64,000 bases of DNA, taken from the NCBI GenBank assembly GCA_030390025.1, contig CM059433.1, forward strand, positions 19,036,001 through 19,100,000, read 5' to 3'. The stretch comes from Squalus acanthias. Taxonomy: Eukaryota. The position numbers were made by a program, and so were the translations under genes. A model generated the notes under the pieces. That model worked only from the letters and a program-made list of their open reading frames with translations, did no database searches and was not told where the DNA came from. Positions within the stretch are counted from its first letter, which is position 1; every line of letters begins with the position of its first letter. Below are positions 40,418 to 53,764 of the stretch, one piece after another.

Positions 40418-41623
40418 GTCATTCAATAAGATCATGGCTGATCATCGACCTCAACTCCACTTTCCTGCCTGATCCCCATGAGTCCAAAAATCTATCTCAG
40501 ACTTGAATACACTCAATGACTGAGCATCCACAGCCCTTTGGGGAAGAGAATGCCAAAGATTCACAACCCTCTGAAGAAATTTCTCCTCATCTCAGTCTTA
40601 AAGGGCCGACCCCTTATCCTGAGACTATGCCCCCGAGTTCTAGACTCACCAGCCAGGGACACCTCAGCATCTGTCTTGTCAATCCGGCTCAGAATCTTAT
40701 ATTTCAATGAGATCACCTCTCATTCTTCTAAACTCCAGAGAGTATAGGCCCAATCTACTCAATCTCTCCTCATAGGACAACTCTCATATCCCAGGAATCA
40801 ATCTAATAAACCTTCGTTGCACCACCTCCAGGGCAAGTATATCCTTCCTTAGATAAGGAGACCAAAACTGTGCACAGTACTCCAGGTGTGGTCTCAACAA
40901 AGCACTGTACAATTGTAGCAGTCTTCTTAACTCTTGTACTCCAACCCCCTTGCAATAAAGGCCAACATGCCATTTACATTCCTAATTGCTTGCTGTACCT
41001 ACATACTAACTCTCTGTGTTTCTTGTACTAGGACATGCAAATCTCTCTGAACACCAACATTTAATAGTTTCTCACCATTGAAAAAAATATTGTTTTCCTA
41101 TTCTTCCTACCAAAGTGAATAATCTCACATTTCCCATCATACTCCATCTGTCACCTTATTGCCCACTCACTTAACCTGTCTATATCCCTTTGCAGGCTCT
41201 TTGTGTCCTCCTCACAGCTTACTTTCCCACCTAGCTTTGTATCGTCAGCAAACTTGGATACATTACACTCGGTCCCTTCATCCAAGTGATTAATATAAAT
41301 AGCTGAGGCCCAAGCACTGATCCTTGCGGCCCACTAGTTACAGCCTGCCAACCTGAAAATGACCCGTTTATCCCTACTCTGTTTTCTGTCCATTAACCAA
41401 TCCTCTATCCATGCTAATACATTACCCCCAACCCCATGAGCCGTTATCTTTTGCGTAACAACCTTTTATGTGGTACCTCATCGAATACCTTTTGGAAATC
41501 CAAATATACTACATCCACTGGTTCCCCTTTATCTACCTTACTAGTTACATCCTGAAAAAATTGTAATAAATTTGTTAAACACACTAATAAATTTGTCAAA
41601 ATAAATTGGACTAACTTATCAAT

Positions 41624-42446
41624 ACTTTGCTGGAGTGGGGCATCTCGCGCGTGCCCAGTTAGTTAGACATTTGCCCTCACTCTTCTGCTCGAAAATATTT
41701 TGCACTGCAAGTTGTTGGAAGTGCGAGCTGAAAACGGTACATCTGGGACCGTGATGAACGACAGGACCAACAGTCTATCTGCTTAAAAAATGAGATTTAA
41801 GGATTGAGAAAGAAACAGAGGAACAATGGAGAAGGAAATAGGGTGAATTAGTCAAATCAGGTACAGAAAGAGAAATAAAAAATTTTAAAATGTAAAATTT
41901 AAAAAATCTCCAACAACAGTTTACTCCCAGTAGGAACGAGACTCCACAGTTTAAATTCTTCCCTTTCAGGGCCGGGGAGATTGAGTGATATTGCAGGAAC
42001 ATAAATCTTGCCATTAAAAAGATGCTTATGCTGTTACGTTCCAGCCAATGTTCCTTCTAATTTTTTGGGGGGGCCACGCGCCCCATTCAAAATTCCACAC
42101 ATGCGCAGTTTTTCCATTTATAAGCCGGTGAGCCGGCTGCACGTGAACTCAAGCGCTGCGCAGCCGTGCGGTTTAAAGGAAACATTGGCACCGGCCCAAA
42201 CATTCTGTGGCAAGTTTAATTGGTAATTAATGTGCAAATGCAGCAATTTCATGAAACTCTTGGAGGTTGGCGACGAGCTGCTGTTTCCGCGAGGCTAATG
42301 GTTGAGCAACACAAATCTTTCAGCAACTTGCGGAGATTCGCAATTCAGGGGGTATCTCTTCCTCGCCACAGGCTGCTGGATGATTTACACATGAATAATG
42401 GCGAGTGCATTAAACTCACCGTTATTTTGGAAGCAAAATCTGTACC
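41624..42446. mobile_element. Harbinger-like MITE (H1) with nested hAT-like MITE
   Basis: Homologous to 37358-38080. Confidence 0.7.
42046..42187. mobile_element. hAT-like MITE
   Basis: TIR caatgttcc...ggaaacattg; degenerate 8-bp TSD gttccagc/gcaccggc; related to 43838-43966. Confidence 0.7.
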
Positions 42447-42879
42447 AGTGTGTCTGGAAGAACAAACAGGGAAGTTAGAAGGAATTTTTTTCCCCCCCAA
42501 GAGGCTTATTAGAACATACTTATCAGTAATGTTTTACCACAAGTGGCTAGTGCAGCAGAGACTATATAATTTAAAAGGGATTGAATATGTATTTAAGAAT
42601 CTAAGAGGATACAGGAAAAGGGCAGGGAAATGGAATCAGAGGAGATACCTCCAGTTGAAAATCTAGCATGCAAAAGGCCTCCTCCTGTGCTCTAATTTCT
42701 ATTCTATAATCCCTGGCTGAACTGGAGGTCTTGTCTCTCCTCTCACTCCCCAGATGCTCAATGACAATCCACAGATGGCCACAAGGAGGTGCCCAGGATG
42801 ATAACCCTCCTGATTTCTCTTCTCTTTCATCAACTGAAATCAATAGGCAACAGAAAAAAGAACAAACTTGCAGTTTTGT

Positions 42880-43175
42880 ACTCTCTTTCATGTCCTCAGG
42901 ATGCCCCAAACTGTTCCCAGCCAATTAATTATTTTTGAAATGAAGTCACTCATGTTATGTCAGTAAAAATGGCAGACAATTTGTGCACAACTAGGTCCCA
43001 CAAGAAGCAATGACCAACTAATCTGCTTTTGGTGCTGTTAGTTGAGTGATAAATGTTAGTTAGATTAGAAGACCAGGAGAACTCACCTGTTCTTCTTTGA
43101 ATCATGCCACAGGATCTTTTATGTCCACCTGAACAGGGAGATGGATCCAAGATTTGATGTCTCATCTAAAAGGTG
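42880..43175 (-). mobile_element. DeuSINE-like fragment
   Basis: Homologous to 3247-3507. Confidence 0.65.
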
Positions 43176-43837
43176 GCTTAAATCTCATTACTTCTCCAAG
43201 AATTAAAATAATTTTTTTTGTATAGCTCTCTCTGTCTTGAGGATAGGTGCAGGATGAATAGAACATTTGACAATATATTCGAGAAATTGGCATACAGTGA
43301 AAGACCTAATAGGCTCAAGTTACATAAGTTAATTTATTCAGCCAGGGGTACATACTTTAGAAAACTGATCTCCTAGTTAGAATCTCCAGCATCTGGCTTT
43401 CCTCAGAATAATAGAATGATACAGCACAGAAGGAGGCCATTCAGCCCATCATGCCCATTCTGGCACTTTGGAAGAGCAATCCAATTAGCCTCACTCCCAT
43501 GCTCTTTCTCAGCAGCCCTGCACATTTTTCCCCCTTCATGTATTTATCTAATTCTCTTTTGAAGGTTGCTATTGAATCTGCTTCCACCACCCTTTCAGGT
43601 ACTGCATTCCAGATCATCATAACTCGGTGTAAAAAAATGATTCCTCATGTCGCCTCTGGTCCTTTTGCCAATTACCTTAAATCTGTGTGCTCTGGTTACC
43701 GACCCTTCTGCCACTGGAAACAGTTTCTCCTTAGTTACTCTATCACAACCCTTCAAGATTTTGAAAGCCACTATTAAATCTCCCCTTAACCTTCTCTGCT
43801 CTAAGGAGAACCACCCTAGCTTTTCCAGTCTCTCCAC

Positions 43838-43966
43838 CAATGTTCCCTGTAAGCTGTGCGGGCGCTCCAGGGACACCACGCAGCCGGCTCTTCAATGAGA
43901 AAAACCGCGCATGCCCAGTATTTTGATTGACCCGCACAGCGCCAAACAAAATTACTGGGAGCATTG
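43838..43966. mobile_element. hAT-like MITE (129 bp)
   Basis: 15-bp TIR caatgttccctgtaa/ttactgggagcattg; 8-bp TSD ctctccac/ctcgccac. Confidence 0.82.
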
Positions 43967-44218
43967 CTCGCCACGTAACTGAAGTCCCTCATCCCTGGTA
44001 CCATTCTAATAAATCTCTTCTGCACCCTCTCGAAGCCATCCTTCCAAAAGTGTGGTGCCCAGAATTGGCCACAATACTCCAGCTGGGGCCTAAACAGTAT
44101 TTTACAAAGGTTTAGCATAATTTCTTTGCTTTTGTACTCTATGCATCTATTCATAAAGTCACAGATCCTGTATGTTATTTTTAAATTTGCCTTCTCAACT
44201 TGTGTACATATACCCAAT

Positions 44219-44980
44219 GGCCCAGAAATTTGACTCGGAGGCTTGCCGCGGGGGTAAGGATCGCGCGCGATATCACACTCCGCGCCGGCCGTTGTGTTTT
44301 GGGCCCACAGGAACTTCGGGTCCTGGGCCTCTCCCTAGTGCCGGCGCGCAGTGTGTGCGTGTCCCAGAGGCGCAGTTAGTGCGATGCGACCTCTGGGATC
44401 ACGTGGGCCATGGAGAGCCAATGGCAGCAGACTATCTTTCATTCATAGATTTGACATGAGAACTGTCAAAACTATGAATACAAATTGCCCCCAAAAGAAC
44501 AGCTAAACCTCAAATAAATTAAAAAAAACCATCACATTAATAAAATAACTATAGTTAAATAAATTAACCACTTTAAACAAAAATTTAAATTTTTGAAAAA
44601 ATTTAAATTCTTTTTAAAAGTTATAAAAATAAACTTACCTTTCTTTAAAGTCTCTAAAAAAGATAAACCTGTTGAAAAAAATTAAAAATTATACTTAATT
44701 AACTACTTACCTTGTTAAAAGGGGGTCTTACGCCTCCTTTTTTCTTGTGTAAATTCTTCCATTCTTACCCTCGCATTGAAACCTGAAAAAAAACCTAAGT
44801 GTGCTGCATGCGCACAGCCTGTAGTGTGCACACAGTTCACCTAGGAACCACCCCCTTCGCCATACCGGAAGTGCCGGTTTCCCGCGCATGCGCAGTGCAT
44901 GCAGGAAACCGGCACTTCGGGATCTAATACGGGTGAGTACACAGTGCGTACTCTCCCGTATTAGGCCGAATTTTTGGGCC
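44219..44980. mobile_element. Harbinger-like MITE
   Basis: TIR ggcccagaaatt/aatttttgggcc; 3-bp TSD aat on both sides. Confidence 0.82.
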
Positions 44981-45381
44981 AATGTCTCTGTTTTTGCACC
45001 ACATCTAAAATTGTACCATTTAGCTTATATTGCCTCTCATTCTTCCTACCAAAATGAATCACTTCACACTTCTCTGCATTAAGTTTCATCTGCCATGTGT
45101 CTGCCCATTTCACCAGTCTGTCTATGTCCTCTTGAAGTCCTGTATACCCAAGTCCTGGTCATTAATATAGATCAAAAAGTGTAGCCCTAATACCAACCTC
45201 TGAGGAACACCACTACATACTTCCCGCTAGTCTGACAAACAACCGTTCAACCACTACTCTCTGCTTTCTGTCCCTTAGCCAATTTCATATAAATACTGCC
45301 ACCGTCCCTTTAAATCATGTGCTTTAATCTTGCTGACAAGTCTATTATGTGGTACTTTATCAAACACCTTTTTGAAAGCCC

Positions 45382-48300
45382 TTCTTAGGCAGTCCCTCGG
45401 AACCGAGGATGACTTGCTTCCACGCTAAAAATGAGTTCGCAGGTGACTGATGAGTCCAATGCGGGACCTACAGTCTCTGTCACAGGTGGGGCAGACAGTG
45501 GCTGAAGGGGCGGGTGGGTGGGGTGCTTGGGTTGACGTGCGCTCCTTCCGCTGTTTGCGCTTGGCTTCCGATTGCTCCCGGCGAAGAGACACGAAGGTGT
45601 TCGGCGCCTTCCCGGATGCTTCGCCTCCACTTTGTGCGGTCTTGGGCCAGGGATTCCCAGGTGTTGGTGGGGATGTTGCACTTTTTCCAAGGAGGCTTTG
45701 AGGGTGTCCTTGAAGCGTTTCCTCTGCCCACCTGGGACTCTCTTGCCGTGTCGGAGCGCCGAGTAGAGCACTTGTTTTGGGAGTCTCGTATCGAGCATGC
45801 AGACGATGTGGCCCGTCCATCGGAGTTGATCGAGCGTGGTCAAAGCTTCGATGCTGGGGATGTTGGCCTGAGCGAGAACACAGACGTTGGTGCGCCTATC
45901 CTGCCAATGGATTTGCAGGATCTTGCGGAGGCAGCGTTGGTGGTACCTCTCCAGTGCTTTGAGGTGCCTGCGGTACATAGTCCATGTCTCTGAAGCATAC
46001 AGGAGGGCGGGTATCACTACTGCTCTGCAGACCATGAGCTTGGTTCTGGGTTTGAGGTCCTGGTCTTCAAACACACTCTGCCTCAGGCGACCGAAGGCTG
46101 CACTGGCACAATGAAGGTGGTGTTGGACTTCGTCATCGACGTCTGCCCTTGTTGACAGTAGGCTCCCGAGGCATGGAAAGTGGTCCACGTTGTCCAAGGC
46201 CTCGTCATGGATTTTGATAATCGGGGAGCAGTACTGTGTGGCGGGGGCAGGTTGGTAGAGGACCTTTGGCTTACGGATGTTTAGTGTAAGGCCTATGTTC
46301 TCGTACGCTTCGGTGAAGGTGTTGATGATGGTTTGGAGTTCGGCCTCCGAGTGAGTGCAGACGCGAGCGTCGTCTGCATACTGTAATTCGGTGACAGAGG
46401 ATGGGACGGCCTTGGATCTGGACTGAAAGCGACGGAGGTTGAACAGTTTCCCGTTTGTTCTGTACATTAGCTCCACTCCAGCGAGGAGCTTACTGAGGGT
46501 GAGATGGAGCATTGCAGCCAGGAAGATCGAGAAGAGCGTTGGTGCAATGACACAGCCTTGCTTGACCCCGGTCCGTACGTGAATTGGGTCTGTGGTGGAC
46601 CCGTTGGTCAGAATCACTGCTTGCATGTTGTCGTGAAGCAGGCGGAGGATGGTGACAAACTTGAGGGCAGCCGAATTTGAGGAGGACACTCCATAATCCC
46701 TAACGGTTGACGGTGTCGAAGGTCTTTGTGAGGTCAAAGGCGGCCATGTACAGCGGTTGGTGCTGTTCCCTGCATTTCTCTTGTAGTTGACGCGCGGTGA
46801 CGATCATGTCCATTGTGCCCCTTAGTGGGCGGAATCTGCAGTGCGACTCTGGGAGGAGCTCTTCACCCACTGGGAGAAGGCGATTGAGGAGGATTCTTGC
46901 GATGACTTTTCCTGTGACAGACAGCAGGGAGACTCCTCTGTAATTACCGCAATCGGACTTGTCACCTTTCTTGAAGATGGTCACGATTACGGCGTCTGAG
47001 ATTCCCTGGCATGCTCTCCTCCTTCCAAATAAGAGAAATTAGTTTATGTATTCGCGCCAATAGTGCTTCTCCGCCATGTTTTAGCGCCTCAGCGGGGATT
47101 CCATCTGCTCCCGAGGCCTTATTGTTCGTCAGTTGTCGGATGGCCTTTTCAACCTCATGCCGGGCTGGGGTCATGCTGAGGTGGTGGCGGGTAGCATGCT
47201 GCCGGATGGAGTTGAGGACACTCGCGTCGAAGAGAGTCTCGATTAAGGAGATCTTCGAAGTACTCCTCCCAGCGGGCACTGACTGCCTCTCTGTCCTTGA
47301 GTACCACTCCGTTCTTGGCCCGCAGTGGGATAGGACCTTGGGTGCTTGGGCCGTAGGTGGTCTTGACTGTGCTAAAGAATTCACGCACATCGTGGTTGTC
47401 AGCAAGCTGCTGGATCTCCTGCGCTTTCTCCACCCACCATCTGTTCTTTAGGTCGCGAGTTTTTTGTTGGACCTCGGCCTTCTGGCATCTGTAGAGCTGC
47501 TTTCTTGCTCTCGAGTTCTGTTGCTGTTTCCAGATCAGGAATGCCTTTCGCTTACGACTTATTAGCTCCTGAATCTCCTGGTCATTCTCGTCAAACCAGT
47601 CTTGGTGTTTCCTGGTCGAGTTACCGAGCGTCTCTTCACAGGTGCTGATTATGGAGGCCTTGAGTGCAGACCAGGCGCTGTGGACACTGTGTCTCTGAAT
47701 CACTGGGAGTCGTCACGTTGGTTGAGAGGCGCAGGCTGAATAGGGTTTTCTTAGCAGGGTCTTTGAGTGCTCCAGCGTTGATTTTCCTGCGGCATTGCTT
47801 CTGTTAGCGCTGCTGTTTTGGAGCTACGTTGATGGTGATGACAGAGCGGATTAGGTGGTGGTCTGTCCAGCAGTCGTCAGCTTCTGTCATGGCGTGGTGA
47901 TGCGGACATCCTTGTGGTCCCTCGCTCAGACGATGACATAGTCCAGCAGATGCCAGTGCTTGGAGCGAGGGTGTTGCCATGAAGCCTTGTACTTGTCTCT
48001 CTGACGGAACAAGGTGTTGGTTATGACAAGGCCATGTTTTAAGCATTTTGTCAGGAGGGGGGCACCGTTGAGTTGGCTTTCCCTACCCCCGCTCTGCCGA
48101 TCACACCTCCCCAGAGGGTCTATGTCCTTTCCAACTCTGGCTTTGAAGTCGCCAAGAAGGATCAGCTTTTCGCCCGTTGGGACTCGGGACAGGAATTGTT
48201 CGAGGCTGGAGTAGAATTCCTCTTTGGTCTCGTCTGTGGCTTCCAGTGTTGGGGCGTATGCACTGATGACCGTAGCGCACTGGTTCCGGGCTAGGGTGAG

Positions 48301-48746
48301 CCATAGAGTCATGAGGCGTTTGTTTATTCCACAAGGGGAGTCTCAGACGTTCAACTAGCTTATTTTTTATGGCGAAGCCTACCCCATGGAGGCAGCGTTC
48401 TTCTTCAGGTTTGCCTTTCCAGAAGAAGGTGTAACCACCGCCTTGCTCCTTGAGCTGGCCTTCCCCTGCCCGCCGGGTCTCGCTTAGGGCAACGATGTCT
48501 ATGTCGAAACGTCTGAGCTCCCAGGCAACGATAGCAGTACGGCGTTCTGGTCTGTCGCTGTTGTCCATGAGGGTCCTGGCGTTGCAGGTCCCAAACTTCA
48601 TTTTAAAGGGTGGAAGATGCCTGTGCGTGAATTCTTTTAACGTGGGGTGGCCGTTGCACACCAGCTACCACACGGGCTTGACAGAGCAAGGTCTTGGTCC
48701 AATGGCAAGGGGATTCAAGGCGATTGGAGACCAGGCTCTATTATAT
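45382..48746 (-). mobile_element. Near full-length RTE-clade LINE, frameshifted
   Basis: APE endonuclease (MKFGTCNART..LSETR, LGDFKARVG, HLLDY, TDH), RT (GVKQGCVIAPTLF, YADD), C-terminal C2H2 (CPTC..HLRTH); AAG tail; 42-bp flanking duplication. Confidence 0.95.
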
Positions 48747-50037
48747 CAAGTCTATTATGTGGTACTTTATCAAACGCCTTTCTGAAAGTCCATGTACACA
48801 ACATCAACCGCACTACCCTCATCAGCCTCTCCTTTACTTCAAAGAACTCAATCAAGTTCGTCAAACACAATTTGTGTTTAAAAAATCCATGCTGGCTTTT
48901 ATTTATTAACTTTTCCAAGTGTCAATTAATTTTGTCCCAAATTATTGTCTCAAAGTTTCCACACGTTAGGATGACTGGCCTGTAATTGCTGGGTTTATCC
49001 CTCTCCCTTTTTTTCCCAAACAGGATAAATGTATTTGATGAGATTATGCACATGAAATCAACTTCATATTTTTCTACAAACACAAAGAAATAAAAACGAA
49101 ACGCAGTAATCGGAAATTGCTGCAAGTAGGAATATACCGAGCTTTTGGGGGGGGAAAAAAAGCCAGCCTTCATCAGGATTAGCAACATTTTCCATTTTAT
49201 TCCGTACCAACAGAGTAAAAATGCAGTATTTTAGCTGTATTCTCTGGAAACCGTAAACTTCACACAAATATCTTTGTCCAATGGCACAGTAGCTCCAAGA
49301 CAGATGTCACCCAGAAACCAGGTCACTTAGTAAAATAGAAAGTTGAAGGCAAATATCATTTAGTAATAAAAAGTATAACTTAAAACTGAAGTACAAGGCA
49401 ATGGTTGCAACATCAATGCTATAGTTAAATATAATTACACAATAAAGAGTACATCAGATTGCAGCACAATGAATTGAGTGTACCAAATTACGAAATATTG
49501 GCAATGTCATATTGTAGTAAAGCAAAATAGCAAGACAAACAGATTAGGATAAGTGGTCCACAGATCAATTTCAGAAGGAAGTTAAAGCTAACTGTATTAA
49601 GCACCAAGGGGACCACACTTGCCCATTTTGGTGTAATGCTTAGAAAAAAAACTGGAATATGTTCCAAAAAAAAAGTGAATGGAGACTCTGCCAAAGAATT
49701 CAAAAAATATTGGATGAACTGCTGACTCAACAGGAACAGGGTGTGGGGAGCTGGTGCTAGAGGAGAGAGATGAAACTAATTTAAGCAGTTCCTACACACA
49801 CACATACACAAATGAAAACACACTCGATGGGATGAATGTTCTCTTCTCACTTTGTTATGCTGGAGCATCACCACAGCATAAAGTCTGGTGCACTCGATTC
49901 AAAACCTGGCACAAGTCATCAGAATTGGTCAATTTTTCCACAAGGCTGGATCAAGGTCTTGCGACAGCCGATCAACAAATTCACCCTCACTCAGCTTGAA
50001 CATAGCAACATAGGCCCTGATCTCTGCCAGGCGGTGT

Positions 50038-50050
50038 TGTGTGTGTGTGT

Positions 50051-50081
<31 letters not shown>

Positions 50082-50089
50082 GGGGGAGG
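50038..50089. repeat. (GT)n microsatellite joined to poly(G)
   Basis: Direct reading. Confidence 0.9.
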
Positions 50090-51422
50090 TCAGTTAAAAT
50101 AAGGGCAGGGACTTACTCATTGTGATCCTATTGCCTTCCCACCGTGTCCCGATGTTAACCTGCCCGTTTGAGCAGACAAGCAGAACAGCTGCAGGAAGAC
50201 AGTGGGGTCTTTCTTTAAATATGCAGATCAGGCCCCATTTTTTCCAATATTTGTTTATAGGAGATGAATAGTTTGTTATCAATTTGAAGTACTTTATTGT
50301 ATAGATAGGAGATGGAGTTACACCCAGTTGAAATTCATTGGTTTTCAATATTACTAAACAGGTGCCGCGCTCCTTCCCACCTCTGACAATTCGCAGGCGT
50401 GTCAGGCAGCAGCTTGAAATAAATGACTCTCGGGCATCAGCAGCTGGGACCGCCTGGTTACAAATAGGGAGGGGTTCCAAGCAATGAAAAGTCACACTGG
50501 CTGAGCGAGCACTGCTGCGCAGACAGCACCGATTTCATTTTAACCGAAATACTTTTCCCACTCCAGATGCTGATCTTGAGAATTCTCTGCGGAGCTACTT
50601 AATTGCACAAGGTGGAGTCCCAAAATGGTCGGTCTCCGTAGGGCTTGGAACTGTCAATCAAAGTGAAAGCATCTTCAACCAGCTAGGAGATTTTTAAACA
50701 CTTCTTTTTCTATGACATTAGATTTTAAGTAATTCCTCATTTTATCCTTTAAACAGTGCCAATGATACCACGGGTGAATTGGTTTAGGATAACTGCACCT
50801 CGCTATGTGAGGTGGCAAAACAACAAGATTTAAAATGATAATCGCCAATTCACCCAACTTAATATGTTGACAAAAACCTCATCCTCATTTATGAGAAAAA
50901 AAAACCCTCCAGCATGTACGGAGTCTAAATTTGAACTAAAAATGCCACTCATTCACCTCACAAATGAGCCGACCATTTTTGAAACACGTGCATGTGCACA
51001 TTTCTTCACTTAGCCTCCTCAGCTTTTAGCACCCTAGACTGGCTGCTAAATCACTTTCCCACAAATATCAAGACGACCACCACTGAAAAGGTCTTTCCCC
51101 ATGGTATTCTTACGTCCAACTCCCAGTGTTAACCATGCCCCGGAATAAATTCGCATTAGCTACAAAGTCACGCTTCAAGTCTTTACCATTCGGGCTGCAG
51201 CCCTTCCCTGATGTTTGGGGAGGTCTTACAGACCAGCAATATCAAAAGTCAGGGAGGACAAGATGGTAAATGGTGTTGGCAGCAGCTATTCACTTTTACC
51301 TCTAGAAGGAAACAAAAATGGGATGGTGATTCCAGCTACCAGAATTAGCTGGTGCCTCCTTTTTATATTAAGCCGGGCTTTATAAAAAATAAACCCTAGT
51401 GTTGCTGGTTATCTGCACTTAG

Positions 51423-51490
51423 GCTAACCACACCTAAATTTCCCTTACTCACTGATGCTAACCACACCTAAATTTCCCTTACTCGTTGAT
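51423..51490. repeat. 34-bp tandem duplication
   Basis: gctaaccacacctaaatttcccttactc(ac/gt)tgat twice. Confidence 0.9.
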
Positions 51491-52633
51491 GCATTCAGCT
51501 CCAGAAGAATCCGGTTCTCCAAAATCCAAAGTCCACAATAACTACAGTACAAAATATGTCTAGCAGTTACACACCCCGAAATACCAGATACACTTGCACA
51601 CTGTACCATTTTATTGCAGCACACTGAAATATTGCACTTGAAGAAAAAATGCTAACCACTTATGCTCAGTTTAATGGAACTAGCAACTAATACACCATTT
51701 TACAGACATGGCAGTACTAGATATTGGGGAGGATTTTACCTCCCCAATTCCCCACAAGGTGAATTTTCAACCGAATGGGCCCTTTGGGAGAAAGAGGGGG
51801 CGGGGGGGTAAGTGTATGGAAAATAGGTGGAAAAAAAAAGTAATGGAAATACTGTTACTTTAAATCTTGTTTATCTGAAAATAGTTATTTATTGCTACAT
51901 GTTTTCCAAAGGCACTTTTACTTATGTGACTGCCATTCTCTCACTAAATACCATTCCTGGTGGTAGCAGATCTGAACTTTTAAACTTGTATTTTTAATTT
52001 AGAGAAAAAAAGCCACAAAATTGCTGCAGATGTTACTGACAGAAATCATGTGCCCATGTTAAAAGGCATGTGGGGGGGACATAGTCATTTAGTACTATGG
52101 CGTTACAATGTGTAGAACGAATAAATGATCAGATGTGGCTTTCATTCCACATCTACTTGCTAAGTTATTCATGTCTGCTGAGCCCCAATGGACTTGGAGG
52201 TAAATTTTTGTAGGTACATTATGCCATCAGATCAACTTCTTTCTCATGTGACGTGCTAAATGTGCAGAGAGGATTCCATGCATCAGCATTAAATTCCCAG
52301 CCTTGCATCACAGAATTGCATCACGCTATGATGTTCCCAGACCGACTTCTGCCCTGAACACACAATGATCCAGGTCAGCATTAGGTTGTTGTTTCTGGTT
52401 CACACTGACGCCACATGTTCTCTGCACATAATCAATGCAATAACTATGGCAACTCCATAAGTAACATACTGGAACAAAAAAAAAAGTCACTGTAATAAGA
52501 AAAAGTCCTAAATGAAGCAGACAGTATAAATGCTGGAGAGCAGTGGATGCCTATATTTTGGTATCACTTGCCCTTGACCCCATGATAAAGTAAAAGAGCC
52601 ATAAGTATCCAAATCAATGCACTTCATTGGGAT

Positions 52634-53098
52634 AACAACAGAAAGCGCTGGAAAAACTCAGCAGGCCAGGCAACATCCGTGGAGAGAGAAACAGAGTTAA
52701 CGTTTCAGGTCGAAAACCCTTCGTCAGAACGGAGAAAAAAGCAGGAAATAAAACAGATGAAAAAGCAAGTTTGGAGGCTGGGGGAGGGAATGAAAGAACA
52801 AAAGGGGAGGTCTGTGAGAAGAAGAGACATTAAGAGATACTCAAGGCGAGACGAGATGGTAATAGGACAGGTTAAGAGACAAAAGATGGCTCTAGAAGTG
52901 TGAAATGCACTGGCAGAATGAAAGACAGCTGCCATGTGGGAGAGAGAAAAAAAAGGGAAAAGGCACAAACCAAAAGTGTGGATAAAATATATATAAATAT
53001 GGTAGGGGCCGAGGTTATGATCTGAAATTGTTGAACTCGATATTGAGTCCGGAAGGCTATAAGTGCCTAATCGGAAGATGAGGTGCTGTTCCTCGAGC
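52634..53098 (-). mobile_element. Penelope-like 3' fragment (family B)
   Basis: LEEQHLIFRLGT..GLNIEFNNF (GIY-YIG C-terminus), 3' UTR and hammerhead; 10-bp TSD tcattgggat (52624-52633 / 53099-53108). Confidence 0.88.
52696..52730 (-). ncRNA. Minimal hammerhead motif (family B), intact core, sense to the AGPAT5 pre-mRNA
   Basis: GUU-CUGACGA-A-GGGUU-UUC-GACCU-GAAA-CG-UU-AAC. Confidence 0.7.
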
Positions 53099-53764
53099 TC
53101 ATTGGGATGTAGGTCAATACATCGAGACTGCATTTACAGGTGGACAATATTTGGATCAACCTGTATTGAGTCAACGATTCTTCACTTATAGTTATTTGGA
53201 AGGAGAAATATTGCAAGTGCAAATTGTAGTGCAAAATGCCAAGGCAACATTGGATGAGGAATAGGAATATCTGAAGAGGAGGCGCAACAATGACAAGAGG
53301 CAGCGTCAAAGTGAATTTATCATTATGGACTTCACGTAACAGTTCACACAACGATGCAAGACTTATTTGGGCCTAGACAACGCTTTGTGAAGTAGGGGAT
53401 CACTTCTAGAGTCAAAGCACTACCTGCTAGGGCTAGGTTACACTGCTCAACCCCCCCAAGTTCACAAGCCACAATGGTAAATGATTGGGTGATATTTATT
53501 AGCCATAATACGCAGAGCAAAAAACCCAGTTTCAATTGATCACCGCCACAGAAATCACGGTTAACAATTAGAAATCCCAAAAATTAAATGAACCCACATT
53601 ATGACAATGCTTATCCAACTCAGGCCAGAAGAAACTGAGTGCAGTGCCGTGACACTGCACATTGGCAAAGCAACATGCGATACCGAATGATGGGATCCAG
53701 GCTTTATTATTTCTTGAGTTACCAAATATCCCCCTTTGCTGATGGAAGGTATTGAATTTTCTTA

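Larger units (their letters stand above)
39201..41590 (-). mobile_element. CR1 LINE interrupted by a Penelope-like element
   Basis: Reverse complement of the 23495-25051 family; resumes at 40418. Confidence 0.88.
38390..42707 (+). mobile_element. Old fragmented CR1 split by younger insertions
   Basis: CR1-like segments at about 38390-38630 and 39000-39200; 3' end at about 42450-42707. Confidence 0.55.
43411..49020 (-). mobile_element. CR1 LINE split by three nested insertions
   Basis: CR1 segments 43411-43837, 43967-44218, 44981-45381 and 48747-49020 are collinear with other CR1 copies. Confidence 0.85.

Noticed and set aside
45446..45472. CTGATGA-GTCC-AATGCG-GGAC hammerhead-like stretch
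   Set aside because: It is followed by CTAC rather than GAAA, and is the antisense of the RTE zinc-finger coding sequence.
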